This document shows, in pieces, positions 53,134-63,107 of a DNA stretch of 64,000 bases (positions are counted from its first letter, which is position 1; the number at the start of each line of letters is the position of its first letter). The translations under genes were made by a program, and so were the position numbers. The DNA lies in contig JAJYJK010000001.1 of assembly GCA_021789555.1 (NCBI GenBank), positions 76,581 to 140,580 on the forward strand, in the 5' to 3' direction. Under the pieces are notes generated by a model. That model searched no databases, was not told the DNA's origin, and was given only the letters and a program-made list of their open reading frames with translations. The stretch is from Nitrospirota bacterium. Lineage in GTDB: Bacteria > Nitrospirota > Thermodesulfovibrionia > Thermodesulfovibrionales > JdFR-88.

Positions 53134-53514
53134 TTACGCCTCCTCGCCGAAGATGTTCTTCATTATGTTCCTGACGTTCTTCACCACGTCATCGGAGCTT
53201 ACCGGCTTCATCATGAACCCGTTGACCCCGGCGGCGTATGCCCTCTTTTTTTCCTCGGCGTCCTTCTCGGTTGTGACCATCAGGACCGGGATATGGGCGC
53301 GGGACGGGTCCGCTTTCAGCGTCTTTATGAGCTCTATGCCGTCCATGAACGGCATGTTCAGGTCGGTTATGATCATGTTTATGTCGCCCTGGGCGACTTT
53401 CGACATCGCGTCGAGGCCGTTTTCCGCGGTCGCCACGTCAAACCCCTTCGACTTGATATAGAAGCTGAGGAGCTTCCTTGTGGTGCGGCAGTCATCCACT
53501 ATCAGGACTTTCAT
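53134..53514 (-). CDS. Second CheY-like single-domain response regulator
   Basis: MKVLIVDDCRTTRKLL...IITDLNMPFMDG...LMVTTE...FMMKPV. ATG 53514 lies 1 nt after the cheR stop. Confidence 0.85.
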   Translation of the reverse strand: MKVLIVDDCRTTRKLLSFYIKSKGFDVATAENGLDAMSKVAQGDINMIITDLNMPFMDGIELIKTLKADPSRAHIPVLMVTTEKDAEEKKRAYAAGVNGFMMKPVSSDDVVKNVRNIMKNIFGEEA

Positions 53515-53515
53515 T

Positions 53516-54331
53516 TCACGTTGTCCTCTGGTAAACAAGGGTATTATTGAATATCAGGGGTTTGAAGGCCCTGGTCACGTCGTGCAGGCTCTCGGACTTC
53601 CCTATGAAGAGATACCCCCCCGGCCTGAGGCTGTCATACAGGCCGGAGACGACCTTCCTCTTTGACCGGGCGTCAAAATAGATGAGCACGTTGCGGCAGA
53701 AGATGACGTCCATGCCGGTGAGGAATTTCCTGCCGTCCGCGAGGTTTATATTCATGAACCTGACGGAGTTTCTTATCTCCGGGTCAAGCTCATAGAGCTG
53801 TCCGCCGTTTTTGAAGTATTTCGCCAGATAGCAGCCGGGCGTGTTCCTGATGGAGTAGGAATTGTAAAGTCCCCTTCTGGCGGCCTCAAGCGTCTGGTTG
53901 CTGATGTCCGAGGCGTAGATGCTGAGCCTGGCCGCGGGGTGTTTCTCCCTGAGCACGATGGCCATGGTGTAAGGCTCCTCGCCGGTTGAGCACGCACTGG
54001 ACCAGAACGAAACGCCCTTCATGCCGGAACGCCCCAGCAGGTCCGGCAGCACATGCTCCACGAGCGCCGCGAAATGCTCCGGCTCCCTGAAAAAAGAGGT
54101 CTCATTAGTGGTGATTGAGTCAAAAAGACAGTTGAGCTCCTCGGCGTTCCGGCCGGAGGACAGCAGTTCAAGGTACTGGTCGAACCCGGCCAGTCCCCTG
54201 GCCCCAAGCCTCGGGGAGAGTTTCTTTTCGACCAGGTATTTCTTGGTGTCGGGTATGAAGATGCCGCTTTCCTCATATATAATGTCCCTCAGCCGCCTGA
54301 AGGTATCCTCTCGAAGGACAGTCTCCGCCAC
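53516..54331 (-). CDS. cheR: Chemotaxis methyltransferase CheR
   Basis: TNETSFFREPEHF, WSSACSTGEEPYT and FCRNVLIYFD. Confidence 0.9.
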   Translation of the reverse strand: MAETVLREDTFRRLRDIIYEESGIFIPDTKKYLVEKKLSPRLGARGLAGFDQYLELLSSGRNAEELNCLFDSITTNETSFFREPEHFAALVEHVLPDLLGRSGMKGVSFWSSACSTGEEPYTMAIVLREKHPAARLSIYASDISNQTLEAARRGLYNSYSIRNTPGCYLAKYFKNGGQLYELDPEIRNSVRFMNINLADGRKFLTGMDVIFCRNVLIYFDARSKRKVVSGLYDSLRPGGYLFIGKSESLHDVTRAFKPLIFNNTLVYQRTT

Positions 54332-55560
54332 TAGTCAATTTTCTCCCCGTCCGGCCGGATGCTCTGCCCTCCTTCAGGCCCGGATTTTCCGCCTTTGGCC
54401 CCGGCGGCCTCGCGTATCTGCCTGAGCGTCTTGACGCTGGCGTTTCTTATGTCATGGATATTGCTGTCCTGCATCTGCTCTACCAGCGGGGCAGCTTCGG
54501 CGCAGCCCATCTCTCCAAGCAGCCCCAGGAGGAAGGCAAGCCCCCTGAATTTCAGACGGGCATCCCTTAAAAGACCGATAAGCGCGGGGGAGCAGTCGAA
54601 TCTCGCCAGAGCGCTCCTGATCTCCTCAAGCTTGCCTTCGCAGTCCGGGACGGATGGGTCCAGCGAGCCGGCCGCGTCGATGATGTGGAAAAGCGCCCTT
54701 TCCTCCCTGAACGCGGAGAGCCCCATGAGGGCCAGCATCTTGTCGTCCCAGTCCCCGCCTGTAAAGAGTTCGAGCAGCAGCTCCCTGATCCCCTTCACCT
54801 CCGGGATAACGCCCGCCGAAAGCAGGCTTTTGACGGTCAGCATCCTTTCCAGATCAGATATCCCCTCCCACTCGAGGTGCTCATTCAGGGCGGCAATGGC
54901 CCTGGCGGTCTCGATCGAGGCCAGACAGGATATGGCCCCGCTCCTGATGACCTCGCTGGGGCTCATCAGCAACTCGGCCACGGCCTCAACCGACCCGTCG
55001 TCCTTTATCGCGGCGAGGGCCTCGAGGACCGCAAACGAGACCCACTCGGTGTCCCTGAGGGCCTCGACAAGCGCCGGCACGGCCCCGGACATGCGGAGCG
55101 CGCCGATGGCCTTTGCGGCCGAAACCCGGACGTTCGGGTTCGGGTCCCGCTGCAGCAGTTCCTGGAGCAGCTCCGGCGCCGGGCACTCGCCGATTTCGCA
55201 TATCAGGTCCAGGGCGAATTTCCGTATATCGTCGTCCTTGTCCCTCATAAGAGGGCCAAGCATCGGAACAACCACCTTGCCCAGCTCCTGGAGGATTATG
55301 ACGGCCATGTTCCTTGTGACGACATCGTCCCTCAGAAGCGGCAGCACCATGTAGGCGGCGGCCTCCCCTCCGATAGCGATCAGGGAGCGCATGGCCGCGT
55401 CCTGCACGCCCTGGTTTCCGTCCTTCAGGGCCTTTATGAGCGGCAGCACGGCCCTCTCGTCGCCCATCGAGAGCTGTTCGGCGGCCTCGCGCCTTTTGGA
55501 AGAATTGGCCGCCCCCAGGTCCCACACCAGGGCCCTTATCTTCTGGCTTGTCAAGTTCAT
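54331..55560 (-). CDS. HEAT-repeat (PBS-lyase-type) protein in the che operon
   Basis: Repeated R..A...L..IG...A...L...L.D motifs, e.g. KRREAAEQLSMGDERAVLPLIKALKDGNQGVQDAAMRSLIAIG. Confidence 0.75.
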   Translation of the reverse strand: MNLTSQKIRALVWDLGAANSSKRREAAEQLSMGDERAVLPLIKALKDGNQGVQDAAMRSLIAIGGEAAAYMVLPLLRDDVVTRNMAVIILQELGKVVVPMLGPLMRDKDDDIRKFALDLICEIGECPAPELLQELLQRDPNPNVRVSAAKAIGALRMSGAVPALVEALRDTEWVSFAVLEALAAIKDDGSVEAVAELLMSPSEVIRSGAISCLASIETARAIAALNEHLEWEGISDLERMLTVKSLLSAGVIPEVKGIRELLLELFTGGDWDDKMLALMGLSAFREERALFHIIDAAGSLDPSVPDCEGKLEEIRSALARFDCSPALIGLLRDARLKFRGLAFLLGLLGEMGCAEAAPLVEQMQDSNIHDIRNASVKTLRQIREAAGAKGGKSGPEGGQSIRPDGEKID

Positions 55561-55588
55561 TTCGAAATGCTTCCCTTTTTATATATAT

Positions 55589-56353
55589 TTACTTATCGGC
55601 AACCCGGGCCGGCTTCTTTAAGGCCCCGGTGTCTCCGAAACGGCTTTTCAATCTCATGAGCGCCTGTTTGTGGAGCTGGGAGACCCTTCCTTCGGTGAGG
55701 TCCAGCACCCGCGCGATCTCCTTCATCGTAAGCTCGTCCCAGTAATAGAGCGAAAGTATCATCCTCTCCTTCTTCGGGAGCCGGTCTATGGCGGCCGCAA
55801 TCGCCTCCTTGAGCCTGTTTTCCTCCAGTTCCTCAAACGGCCCCTTGGCGTCTTTGTCGCCTATGCACTCCGAGACGTCCATCTCCCCCTCGTCCGCGTT
55901 TATCCTGAAATCCTCGAACCTGAGCATTATCGAGCCGCTGGCGTCCTGGAGTATCTGGCGGTACTCCTGCACGCTTATGTCCATCGCCTGGGCGATCTCC
56001 TCCTCCTCGGGCATGCGGCAGAGCTCCTTTTCGAGCCTGGCGTGGACCTTCCTGACGGCGTCGATCTTCTTCTTCATCGACTTGGGGACCCAGTCATATG
56101 CCCTGATCTCGTCGAGCATGGCCCCCTTGATGCGGAATTCGACGAACGTGCGGAGTTTTGCCTTCTGCTCGTCATAGCGCCCGAGGGCGTCCAGAAGACC
56201 CATCGTGCCCACGCTTATCAGGTCCTCCTCGGTGAGGTGCCCCGGGAGCCTCCAGGCAAGCCTGTAGGCCGTATATTTGATAAACGGCAGGAACTCCTTT
56301 ACCAGCGACTCCTTCTGCTGATCATTTATGGTCTTGTAACTTATCATCTGCAC
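55589..56353 (-). CDS. fliA: Flagellar sigma factor FliA (sigma-28)
   Basis: Regions 2-4 are present: LISVGTMGLLDALGRYD, RIKGAMLDEIR and the region 4.2 HTH LTMKEIARVLDLTEGRVSQLH. Confidence 0.9.
   Translation of the reverse strand: MQMISYKTINDQQKESLVKEFLPFIKYTAYRLAWRLPGHLTEEDLISVGTMGLLDALGRYDEQKAKLRTFVEFRIKGAMLDEIRAYDWVPKSMKKKIDAVRKVHARLEKELCRMPEEEEIAQAMDISVQEYRQILQDASGSIMLRFEDFRINADEGEMDVSECIGDKDAKGPFEELEENRLKEAIAAAIDRLPKKERMILSLYYWDELTMKEIARVLDLTEGRVSQLHKQALMRLKSRFGDTGALKKPARVADK
55593..55620 (-). promoter_or_regulatory. Sigma-28 promoter embedded in the fliA 3' end, reading into the HEAT-cheR-cheY-cheA operon
   Basis: Minus strand reads TAAAGAAG-N12-GCCGATAA. GCCGATAAGTAA also encodes the last fliA codons (A-D-K-stop). 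The geometry is identical to the fliC and flgM promoters. Confidence 0.6.
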
Positions 56354-57180
56354 CTCGTGGGACTCGTTCCCGAAAGCAGGTTTCCAAGAAAAAATTGCAG
56401 CGACCCTTTCACCTTACCCTTGGACTCCATTATCTTTGACGCCATCTGGCAGACCTGACGCGAGGCCTCGGTGCCGGGGAACATGTCTACAAACGGCCTT
56501 TGCGCCCTCACGGCCTTCCCGACGGAACCGTCCGTCGGTATATAGCCCACGTAGTTGAGCGAGACGTTCAGGAATTTTTCCGTCACCAGCATGAGCCGCT
56601 TGAAAACCTCGAACGCCTCTTCCGGGCCCCTGGCCGAATTCACCATCACGCTGAACTCCCGCTCCTGATAGCGCGTGAAGAGCACCTTTATAAGCGCATA
56701 CGCGTCCGTCAGGGCCGTGGGCTCGGGCGAGGTGACTATGAGGGTCTCCTCCGCGGCAACGCAGAAGAAGGCCACGTTCTCCGAGATGCCGGCGGCGGTG
56801 TCGATTATGAGGAGGTCGAAACTCCCCGTATAGGCGTCGAACTCCTCCATGATCTTCAGCCTCTGGAACTCGTCCAGGCTGGTCAGCTCCTGCACCCCGG
56901 AGCTTGCGGGCAGTATCTTTATGCCGTGGGGGCCGTCCACCATGATCTCCGCCAGCGTCTTCTGTCCGGAGAGCACGTGCTGGATGTTGTACCTGGGGGC
57001 GAGCTGCAGCAGCACGTCCACATTGCTGAGCCCGAGGTCGGCGTCGAGTATTATCACCTTCTTGCCGAGCCTGTTTGCGGCCACGGCAAGGTTCACCACC
57101 ACATTGGTCTTGCCCACCCCCCCCTTGCCGCTTGCGACCGCCAGCGTTTTCACTCGTCCTTTTCCGTAGCCGTTCAGCAT
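56344..57180 (-). CDS. flhG: MinD/ParA-type ATPase FlhG (FleN/YlxH)
   Basis: Deviant Walker A SGKGGVGKT. Position flhF-flhG-fliA. Confidence 0.85.
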   Translation of the reverse strand: MLNGYGKGRVKTLAVASGKGGVGKTNVVVNLAVAANRLGKKVIILDADLGLSNVDVLLQLAPRYNIQHVLSGQKTLAEIMVDGPHGIKILPASSGVQELTSLDEFQRLKIMEEFDAYTGSFDLLIIDTAAGISENVAFFCVAAEETLIVTSPEPTALTDAYALIKVLFTRYQEREFSVMVNSARGPEEAFEVFKRLMLVTEKFLNVSLNYVGYIPTDGSVGKAVRAQRPFVDMFPGTEASRQVCQMASKIMESKGKVKGSLQFFLGNLLSGTSPTRCR

Positions 57181-58313
57181 CTGACCAGTCCTTTCGAGAG
57201 TATCAGGTTTCCGAGCGTGGTTTCGTCCGGGAATTCTATGTCATCGGGCACCTTCTGGCCCGTGGACAGGTATGCCACGGGTCTGCCGTAGACCATCCGC
57301 AGGTTATAGATGGAACCGAAGCTCACCGCCTCGTCGAGTTTCGTAAACGAGATGCGGTCCACGGGCAGCCTCCGGTAATTCGAGTAGGCCCGGGTCATGA
57401 AATCATCGTCGCTTGAGGCGCTCATGAGCAGATGGATTTCAGGGGGCGCCAACTCCGCGGCGGCCGCCTCGTGCATCGTCCGGATGTGTTCGATGTAGGA
57501 GGCGTCGCCGGGGTTTCTGCCGGTGGTGTCTATGAATATGACGTCCCTTGTCCTGTAAAAGTTCGCCAGGTGCCTCCGGAACTCCGCGGGCCCGGCGGCG
57601 GTCGCCAGCGGGACCCCCATTATCCTGGAATATATCCTCACCTGCTCGCCCGCGCCTATCCTGTAGGTGTCCAGGTTTATAATCGCCGCCCTCTCGCCCC
57701 GCCTGATGGCCCTGGCCGAGAGTTTTGCGATAGTCGTCGTCTTGCCCACCCCGGTGGGGCCGATGAGCATGAAGGCCTTTTTACTTTCGCCGCCGGATAA
57801 AGGCGGCCTCTTCGCCTTCAAATCCGAGACGATGAGCGGCAGCAGGTCGTTTTCATCCCGGGCCTTTTCGCAAAGCCTGACGGCGAACTCCTCCCTGATC
57901 TTCCTTTCCCTCAGTATTTGGAGGAGCGCCTTTTTGCGCCGGTCCGAGGGGACATCCGGCCCGGCGTATTTCATGTCCCGGATAACGGCCTTCAGGCCGT
58001 CGATCTCCAGCTTCAGCTCCTCGGTTATCTCCTGCCTGAAGCGCGCGCTGAGGGCGTTCAGGGCCCGGCGGCCCTCCGCGGGGCAGTCCTCCGCGCGGGT
58101 ATGGCCAACGGCAGCGTCCCGACCGCCGGCATCGCCGTCGCCGGCCGTCATCCTGTCGAAGTCATAGTCCACGGCGGCCGTCACCTCGACGAAGGGTTTC
58201 ATGCCGCCGTTTTTCTCCTCGGACGAGAGTATCACGGCGTCTTCGCTTAACTCCCTGCGCACCATCTCAAGAGCCTCGGCAAAGTTCTTTGCCTTGAATT
58301 TCCTAATCTTCAT
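57174..58313 (-). CDS. flhF: SRP-type GTPase FlhF
   Basis: GPTGVGKTTT, DTYRIGA and DTTGR G-motifs. The N-terminus is MKIRKFKAKNFAEALEMVRRELSEDAVIL. Confidence 0.9.
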   Translation of the reverse strand: MKIRKFKAKNFAEALEMVRRELSEDAVILSSEEKNGGMKPFVEVTAAVDYDFDRMTAGDGDAGGRDAAVGHTRAEDCPAEGRRALNALSARFRQEITEELKLEIDGLKAVIRDMKYAGPDVPSDRRKKALLQILRERKIREEFAVRLCEKARDENDLLPLIVSDLKAKRPPLSGGESKKAFMLIGPTGVGKTTTIAKLSARAIRRGERAAIINLDTYRIGAGEQVRIYSRIMGVPLATAAGPAEFRRHLANFYRTRDVIFIDTTGRNPGDASYIEHIRTMHEAAAAELAPPEIHLLMSASSDDDFMTRAYSNYRRLPVDRISFTKLDEAVSFGSIYNLRMVYGRPVAYLSTGQKVPDDIEFPDETTLGNLILSKGLVRC

Positions 58314-60342
58314 ATCTCAGGACCCCGGTTGTATAAATTTTCACTGGCTGCGATATCTCGGCGTTCGAAAGGACGGCAATCGAGGGGATGAATTTCTCGA
58401 TCATCCGCCTCAAAAACCTTCTGACCTGTGTGGAGCAGAGTATGACCGGCTGACCGCTGCGGAACTTGTTCTCCTTTATCGCGGATTCTATCGCCCGGAC
58501 AAGACGGTTTACGAGGTCGGGGGTCACTATGCCGCCCGAGTCAACCGACTGCGCGATCGCCTTCTCGAACCTCGGGTCCAGGGCCATGACCTTTATGTCG
58601 CCCGTCTCCGACATGTACTGCCTGCTTATGAACCTGCCAAGGGCCTGCCTTACGTACTCCGTCAGCAGCTCCGTGTCCTTCGTCGCGGGCGCGTAATCCA
58701 GCAGCGTCTCGACTATGGAGAGCAGGTCGTTTATCGGCACTCTCTCTTTAAGCAGGCTCTGGAGGACGCGTTGGACGCCCCCAAGCGACATGTGCGTGGG
58801 GATGAGCTCGTCCACTATCTTCGGGTTGTTCTTGGTGAGGTTGTTCAGCAGCCCCTGCACCTCGCTTCTTGTCAGCAGCTCCCAGGCGTGGGCCTTCACC
58901 AGCTCCGTAAGATGGGTGGCTATGACGGTGGCCGGGTCCACGACCGTGTAGCCGCTTGCCCGCGCCTTCTCCCTGTCCGCCTCCCTTATCCAGAGGGCCG
59001 GAAGCCCGAAGGCGGGCTCCCTGGCCGGGATGCCGTCGATCTTCCTGGCCTCGGCGGACGTCACGGCCAGGTAATGGCCGGTCATGATCTCGCCCTTGCC
59101 GACTTCCACCCCCCTTATGAGGAAGCTGTATTCGTTCGGCCTCAGCTGGAGGTTGTCCTTTATATGGATGGAGGGGACTATGAAGCCCAGGTCCTGGGCG
59201 AGCTGCCTCCTGAGGGCCTTTATCTTGCCGAGGAGCTCCGCTCCCTCCGACTCCACAAGCGGAATGAGGCCATAGCCTATCTCGAAGGTGAGCGGCTCTA
59301 TTTCCAAAAACTTCTCCAGCGGGCTATCCTCTTTCTGCGTCTTCGCCTTGTCGGGCTTTTCCGCCTCCTCCACGGGGGCGGACTTGTTTATCGCGTAGGC
59401 GATGGCGCCCGAAGACGCCGACAGCAGGAAGAAGGGCACGTGGGGCAGGCCGGGGATGAGGCCCAGCACCACCATTATGCCGGCCGCGCTGCCCAGGGCC
59501 TTGGGGTTCAGCACAAGCTGGGCCGTGATCTCCTTCGAGAGGTCGCGCTCCTGGCCGGCGCGCGTGACCACTATGCCGGCCGCAGTCGAAACCAGCAGGG
59601 CCGGCATCTGCGAGACGAGCCCGTCGCCGATGGTGAGGATCGTATAGGTTTGGGCGGCCTGGGCTATGGGCATTCCCTTCTGCAATATGCCGATGGCGAG
59701 GCCGCCTATGATGTTTATCGCGGTGATGATCAGGGCCGCTATGGCGTCGCCGCGCACGAACTTGCTGGAGCCGTCCATCGCGCCGTAGAAATCGGCCTCC
59801 CTCGATATGAGCGAGCGCCTCCTCCTTGCCTCGTCCTCGTCTATGAGGCCGGCGTTCAAGTCGGCGTCGATGGCCATCTGCTTGCCGGGCATCGCATCCA
59901 GGGTGAACCTGGCGGCCACCTCCGCCACCCTGCCCGAGCCCTTGGTTATGACCACGAAGTTGATGATTATCAGGATGAGAAAGATGATGAACCCGACGGC
60001 GCTGTTGCCGCCCACTATGAACTGGCCGAAGGATTTTATGACCTTGCCCGCGGCGTCCGTGCCCTGGCCTCCCCGCAGGAGGATGAGCCTCGTGGAGGCC
60101 ACTTCCAGGGAGAGCCGAAAGAGCGTGATCAGGAGAAGCACGGGGGGGAAGACGGAGAAATCCAGCGGTTTTTTGACGTAAATCGCCGTCACCAGGATGA
60201 CTATGGACATCGATATGGACAGCGACAGCAACAGGTCCAGCGCGAAGGGCGGCACCGGCAGCATCATGACCCCCAGTATGCCCAGCACGAAGACCGCCAC
60301 TACCAGGTCTGTCCTCTCTTTTATAAAAAGAAGAAATTTCAT
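58303..60342 (-). CDS. flhA: Flagellar export gate protein FlhA
   Basis: FHIPEP-family motifs (FPPVLLLITLFRLSLEVASTRLIL, KFVRGDAIA) and a full-length cytoplasmic domain. Confidence 0.95.
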   Translation of the reverse strand: MKFLLFIKERTDLVVAVFVLGILGVMMLPVPPFALDLLLSLSISMSIVILVTAIYVKKPLDFSVFPPVLLLITLFRLSLEVASTRLILLRGGQGTDAAGKVIKSFGQFIVGGNSAVGFIIFLILIIINFVVITKGSGRVAEVAARFTLDAMPGKQMAIDADLNAGLIDEDEARRRRSLISREADFYGAMDGSSKFVRGDAIAALIITAINIIGGLAIGILQKGMPIAQAAQTYTILTIGDGLVSQMPALLVSTAAGIVVTRAGQERDLSKEITAQLVLNPKALGSAAGIMVVLGLIPGLPHVPFFLLSASSGAIAYAINKSAPVEEAEKPDKAKTQKEDSPLEKFLEIEPLTFEIGYGLIPLVESEGAELLGKIKALRRQLAQDLGFIVPSIHIKDNLQLRPNEYSFLIRGVEVGKGEIMTGHYLAVTSAEARKIDGIPAREPAFGLPALWIREADREKARASGYTVVDPATVIATHLTELVKAHAWELLTRSEVQGLLNNLTKNNPKIVDELIPTHMSLGGVQRVLQSLLKERVPINDLLSIVETLLDYAPATKDTELLTEYVRQALGRFISRQYMSETGDIKVMALDPRFEKAIAQSVDSGGIVTPDLVNRLVRAIESAIKENKFRSGQPVILCSTQVRRFLRRMIEKFIPSIAVLSNAEISQPVKIYTTGVLRYED

Positions 60343-60348
60343 CGCCGT

Positions 60349-61386
60349 CTAGTTGAAGCCCCTTTTGAGCTTGAACACATAGGCGATTATCTTCGCCACG
60401 GCCTTGTAAAGCTCCTCCGGTATAAGGGAGTCCAGTTCCATCTTGTAGAGCGCCCTTGCGACCGGTTTGTCCTCCACTATGGGCACGCCGTGCAGCGAGG
60501 CCACTTCCTTTATCTTCTCCGCGATGGCGCCCGCGCCCTTGGCGACTATCCTCGGGGCCGGGGTCTTTTCCCTGTCGTACAGGAGGGCGACGGCGATGTG
60601 AGTGGGGTTGGTTATGACCACGGTCGCCTTGGGCACTTCCTGCATCATTCTTTTCCTGGCGGCCTCACGTTGGAGGCTCTTTATCCTGGATTTTATGAGC
60701 GGGTCGCCCTCCATCTCCTTGTATTCCTGCTTCAACTCCTCCTTGGTCATCCTGAGGGACTGCTCGAAACGCCACCTCTCGGCCAGATAATCGCCTGCCG
60801 CCGCCACCAGGAAGACCGCAAAGGCCTCTAGCACCGCCTTCGAGATGAAGGAGGAGCCGGTCTTTTGCAGGGCCCCCACGCCGAGGCCGGGTATCTGCGG
60901 CAGGTTTTCAAGCGCCCTTTTTATCACCAGGTAAAAGATCACCCCGCCCGCCGCGAATTTCAGCAGGCTCTTTAATAGCTCGATAAGGCCGTCTTTCGAA
61001 AACATCCGCGACAACCCCTCGATGGGATTTAACTTCTCTATTTGCAGGCCCAGCGGCTTGAACACCATCCCCCCCTGGGCAAATCCGGCCCCGAGGGACA
61101 GGGCGAAAGGCAGCACCAGGAAGGGCATGATTATGTGGATCATCTCCAGGGCCGCCGCCTTTACGGCCTTCACCGGATCCATGCCGTAGCGGAAGCCGAG
61201 GAGACCCCCGGTCATGTCCTCCAGCCTGCCCATGACGGCGTGGCCGTCGAAATAGACTATGAGGATGACCCCCGCCATGGCGGCCATGGACGTAAGCTCC
61301 CGGCCCCTTGCGACCTGGCCTTTTTCCCTGGCCTTCTGCCGCTTCCTTGGGGTTGCCCGTTCAGTTCTCTCTCCGGCTTCAGCCAT
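60349..61386 (-). CDS. flhB: Flagellar export switch protein FlhB
   Basis: ERTERATPRKRQKAREKGQVARGREL and the NPTH autocleavage site (VVITNPTHIAVAL). Confidence 0.95.
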   Translation of the reverse strand: MAEAGERTERATPRKRQKAREKGQVARGRELTSMAAMAGVILIVYFDGHAVMGRLEDMTGGLLGFRYGMDPVKAVKAAALEMIHIIMPFLVLPFALSLGAGFAQGGMVFKPLGLQIEKLNPIEGLSRMFSKDGLIELLKSLLKFAAGGVIFYLVIKRALENLPQIPGLGVGALQKTGSSFISKAVLEAFAVFLVAAAGDYLAERWRFEQSLRMTKEELKQEYKEMEGDPLIKSRIKSLQREAARKRMMQEVPKATVVITNPTHIAVALLYDREKTPAPRIVAKGAGAIAEKIKEVASLHGVPIVEDKPVARALYKMELDSLIPEELYKAVAKIIAYVFKLKRGFN

Positions 61387-61395
61387 CTCCGCCGC

Positions 61396-62166
61396 CTATC
61401 CCCTCGCCGCCGCCAATATCCTGATCATGTCGCCCTTCACGGAATCGAAACTGGCCCCCATGACCCCGACGAACGCCGGAAGCCCGATAAACAGGAGCAT
61501 GAAGCCCACGAATATGTAGACCGGGTAGCCTATGAAAAAGACGTTCATCTGCGGGGCCGCCTTGTAAATAAAGCCAAGCAGGATGTTGATTGCGAACATC
61601 GCTATCACAACGGGCGCGGAGAGCCGCAGGGCAAGGACAAACATCTTGCCGGCCATTGCGGTCAGCGCCGGGGTAAGCCTGGCGATATTTGCGCCCCCCG
61701 GGGGCAGCCACTCAAAACTCTTCACGAAGATATAAATGATCGAATGGTGGGCGTCAACCGCCAGGAAGACGAGCATCGAGAACATGGTGTAGAAGGTCGT
61801 AAGCTCGGTCGTCTGCCCTATCTCCGGATTAAGAAGGGTCGCCGTGGAGAGCCCCATCGAAAGGCTTATCAACTCGGCGGCCATATCGATGCCGAAGAAG
61901 ACGAGCCGCCCGGCGAACCCGAGGGCGGCCCCAAGGACCGTCTCCCTGAGGATCACGCCCGCGATCTCGGAGCGGGCGGGGATGGCGAAATTCACCACCG
62001 GGGTAAGCACGACGGCGAGCGCGACCACAAAGCCGATCCGGAACATCTTGGGAAATACCGAGCTGGAGAAAAACGGCAGGAAGGCCACCGCAACGCTCGT
62101 CCTCAAAAGGACCAGGAGGAATACCGGAATATAACGCGCAAATATGTTTATGCCGACCGGTTCCAT
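61396..62166 (-). CDS. fliR: Flagellar export apparatus protein FliR
   Basis: Polytopic membrane protein in the fliPQR order with a FliR-like N-terminus. Confidence 0.85.
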   Translation of the reverse strand: MEPVGINIFARYIPVFLLVLLRTSVAVAFLPFFSSSVFPKMFRIGFVVALAVVLTPVVNFAIPARSEIAGVILRETVLGAALGFAGRLVFFGIDMAAELISLSMGLSTATLLNPEIGQTTELTTFYTMFSMLVFLAVDAHHSIIYIFVKSFEWLPPGGANIARLTPALTAMAGKMFVLALRLSAPVVIAMFAINILLGFIYKAAPQMNVFFIGYPVYIFVGFMLLFIGLPAFVGVMGASFDSVKGDMIRILAAARG

Positions 62167-62170
62167 GCCG

Positions 62171-62440
62171 TCACCTTATGTATGAGGGTATGTTGTATAT
62201 CATCTGGTACGTGAATCCGACCAGGACCTTGGTAAGCCATGGCGCCAACACGAAGATGCACACAAAGACGGCTATTATCTTGGGCACGAACGTAAGCGTG
62301 AACTCCTGTATCTGGGTGACGGTCTGGAAGAGGCCTATCAAAAGGCCGGTGACCAGGCTCACGAGGAGCGCCGGGCCGGAGGCGAGCAGCACGACCCTGA
62401 ACGTCTGCGCGGCTATCTGCCTTATCGTGTCCTGGTTCAT
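62171..62440 (-). CDS. fliQ: Flagellar export apparatus protein FliQ
   Basis: An 89-aa 2-TM protein with LIGLFQTVTQIQEFTLTFVPK. Confidence 0.9.
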   Translation of the reverse strand: MNQDTIRQIAAQTFRVVLLASGPALLVSLVTGLLIGLFQTVTQIQEFTLTFVPKIIAVFVCIFVLAPWLTKVLVGFTYQMIYNIPSYIR

Positions 62441-62450
62441 TCAAGACCCC

Positions 62451-63107
62451 TCAATGGAAACTCCTTATTATCGAGCTGGTCACAAGGTTCCATCCGTCGA
62501 CCAGCACGAACAGCAGGAGCTTAAACGGCAGCGATATGAGCACCGGGGGCAGCATCATCATGCCCATCGACAGAAGGATGCTCGACACGACCATGTCTAT
62601 CACAAGAAACGGCAGGTATATGAGAAATCCTATCTCGAATGCCGTCTTCAGCTCGCTTATGACGAAGGCCGGCACCACCACCCTCAGGGGCAGATCCCCG
62701 GGGCTCTTCACGGCGGCGTCGCCGAGCTGCCCGTCCTGCCGGGCAATCTTGACGAAGAGGGCCAGGTCCTTCTGCCTGGTCTGCCGCAGCATGAAACTCT
62801 TTATCGGGGGGGCCGCCTGCTGGAGCGCCTGCTGCATATTTATCTGTCTTGCCATGTACGGGTTCACGGCGTCCGCCGTTATCGTGTTTATGGTCGGCGA
62901 CATTATGAACAGCGTCAGGAAGATCGACAGGCCGATTATCACCGGGTTCGGGGGGATCTGCTGCCCGCCGATGGCCTGGCGCATGAAGGACAGCACTATC
63001 ACGATCCTCGTAAAGGAAGTGAACATTATGAGGATGGCCGGCAGGACCGAAAGAAAGCTTATGAGGAAGAATACGCCGACCAGGGAATCGCGGGAACCGA
63101 AGTTCAT
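62451..63107 (-). CDS. fliP: Flagellar export apparatus protein FliP
   Basis: TSFTRIVIVLSFMRQAIG and GFLIYLPFLVIDMVVSSILLSMGMMMLPP. ATG 63107 overlaps the fliO stop (ATGA). The longer track ORF N-terminus is Gly/Arg-rich and unlikely to be translated. Confidence 0.9.
   Translation of the reverse strand: MNFGSRDSLVGVFFLISFLSVLPAILIMFTSFTRIVIVLSFMRQAIGGQQIPPNPVIIGLSIFLTLFIMSPTINTITADAVNPYMARQINMQQALQQAAPPIKSFMLRQTRQKDLALFVKIARQDGQLGDAAVKSPGDLPLRVVVPAFVISELKTAFEIGFLIYLPFLVIDMVVSSILLSMGMMMLPPVLISLPFKLLLFVLVDGWNLVTSSIIRSFH

Noticed and set aside
58201-60831. Very long plus-strand ORF (876 aa) antisense to flhA/flhB. Similar long antisense ORFs occur at 41598-42815 (405 aa), 47085-48428 (447 aa), 48812-50203 (463 aa), 61042-62214 (390 aa) and 62178-63296 (372 aa).
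   Set aside because: All lie entirely opposite strongly recognisable conserved genes. Their translations are Arg/His/Gly/Pro-rich low-complexity with no motifs. This is typical of stop-codon-poor shadow frames in GC-rich DNA.
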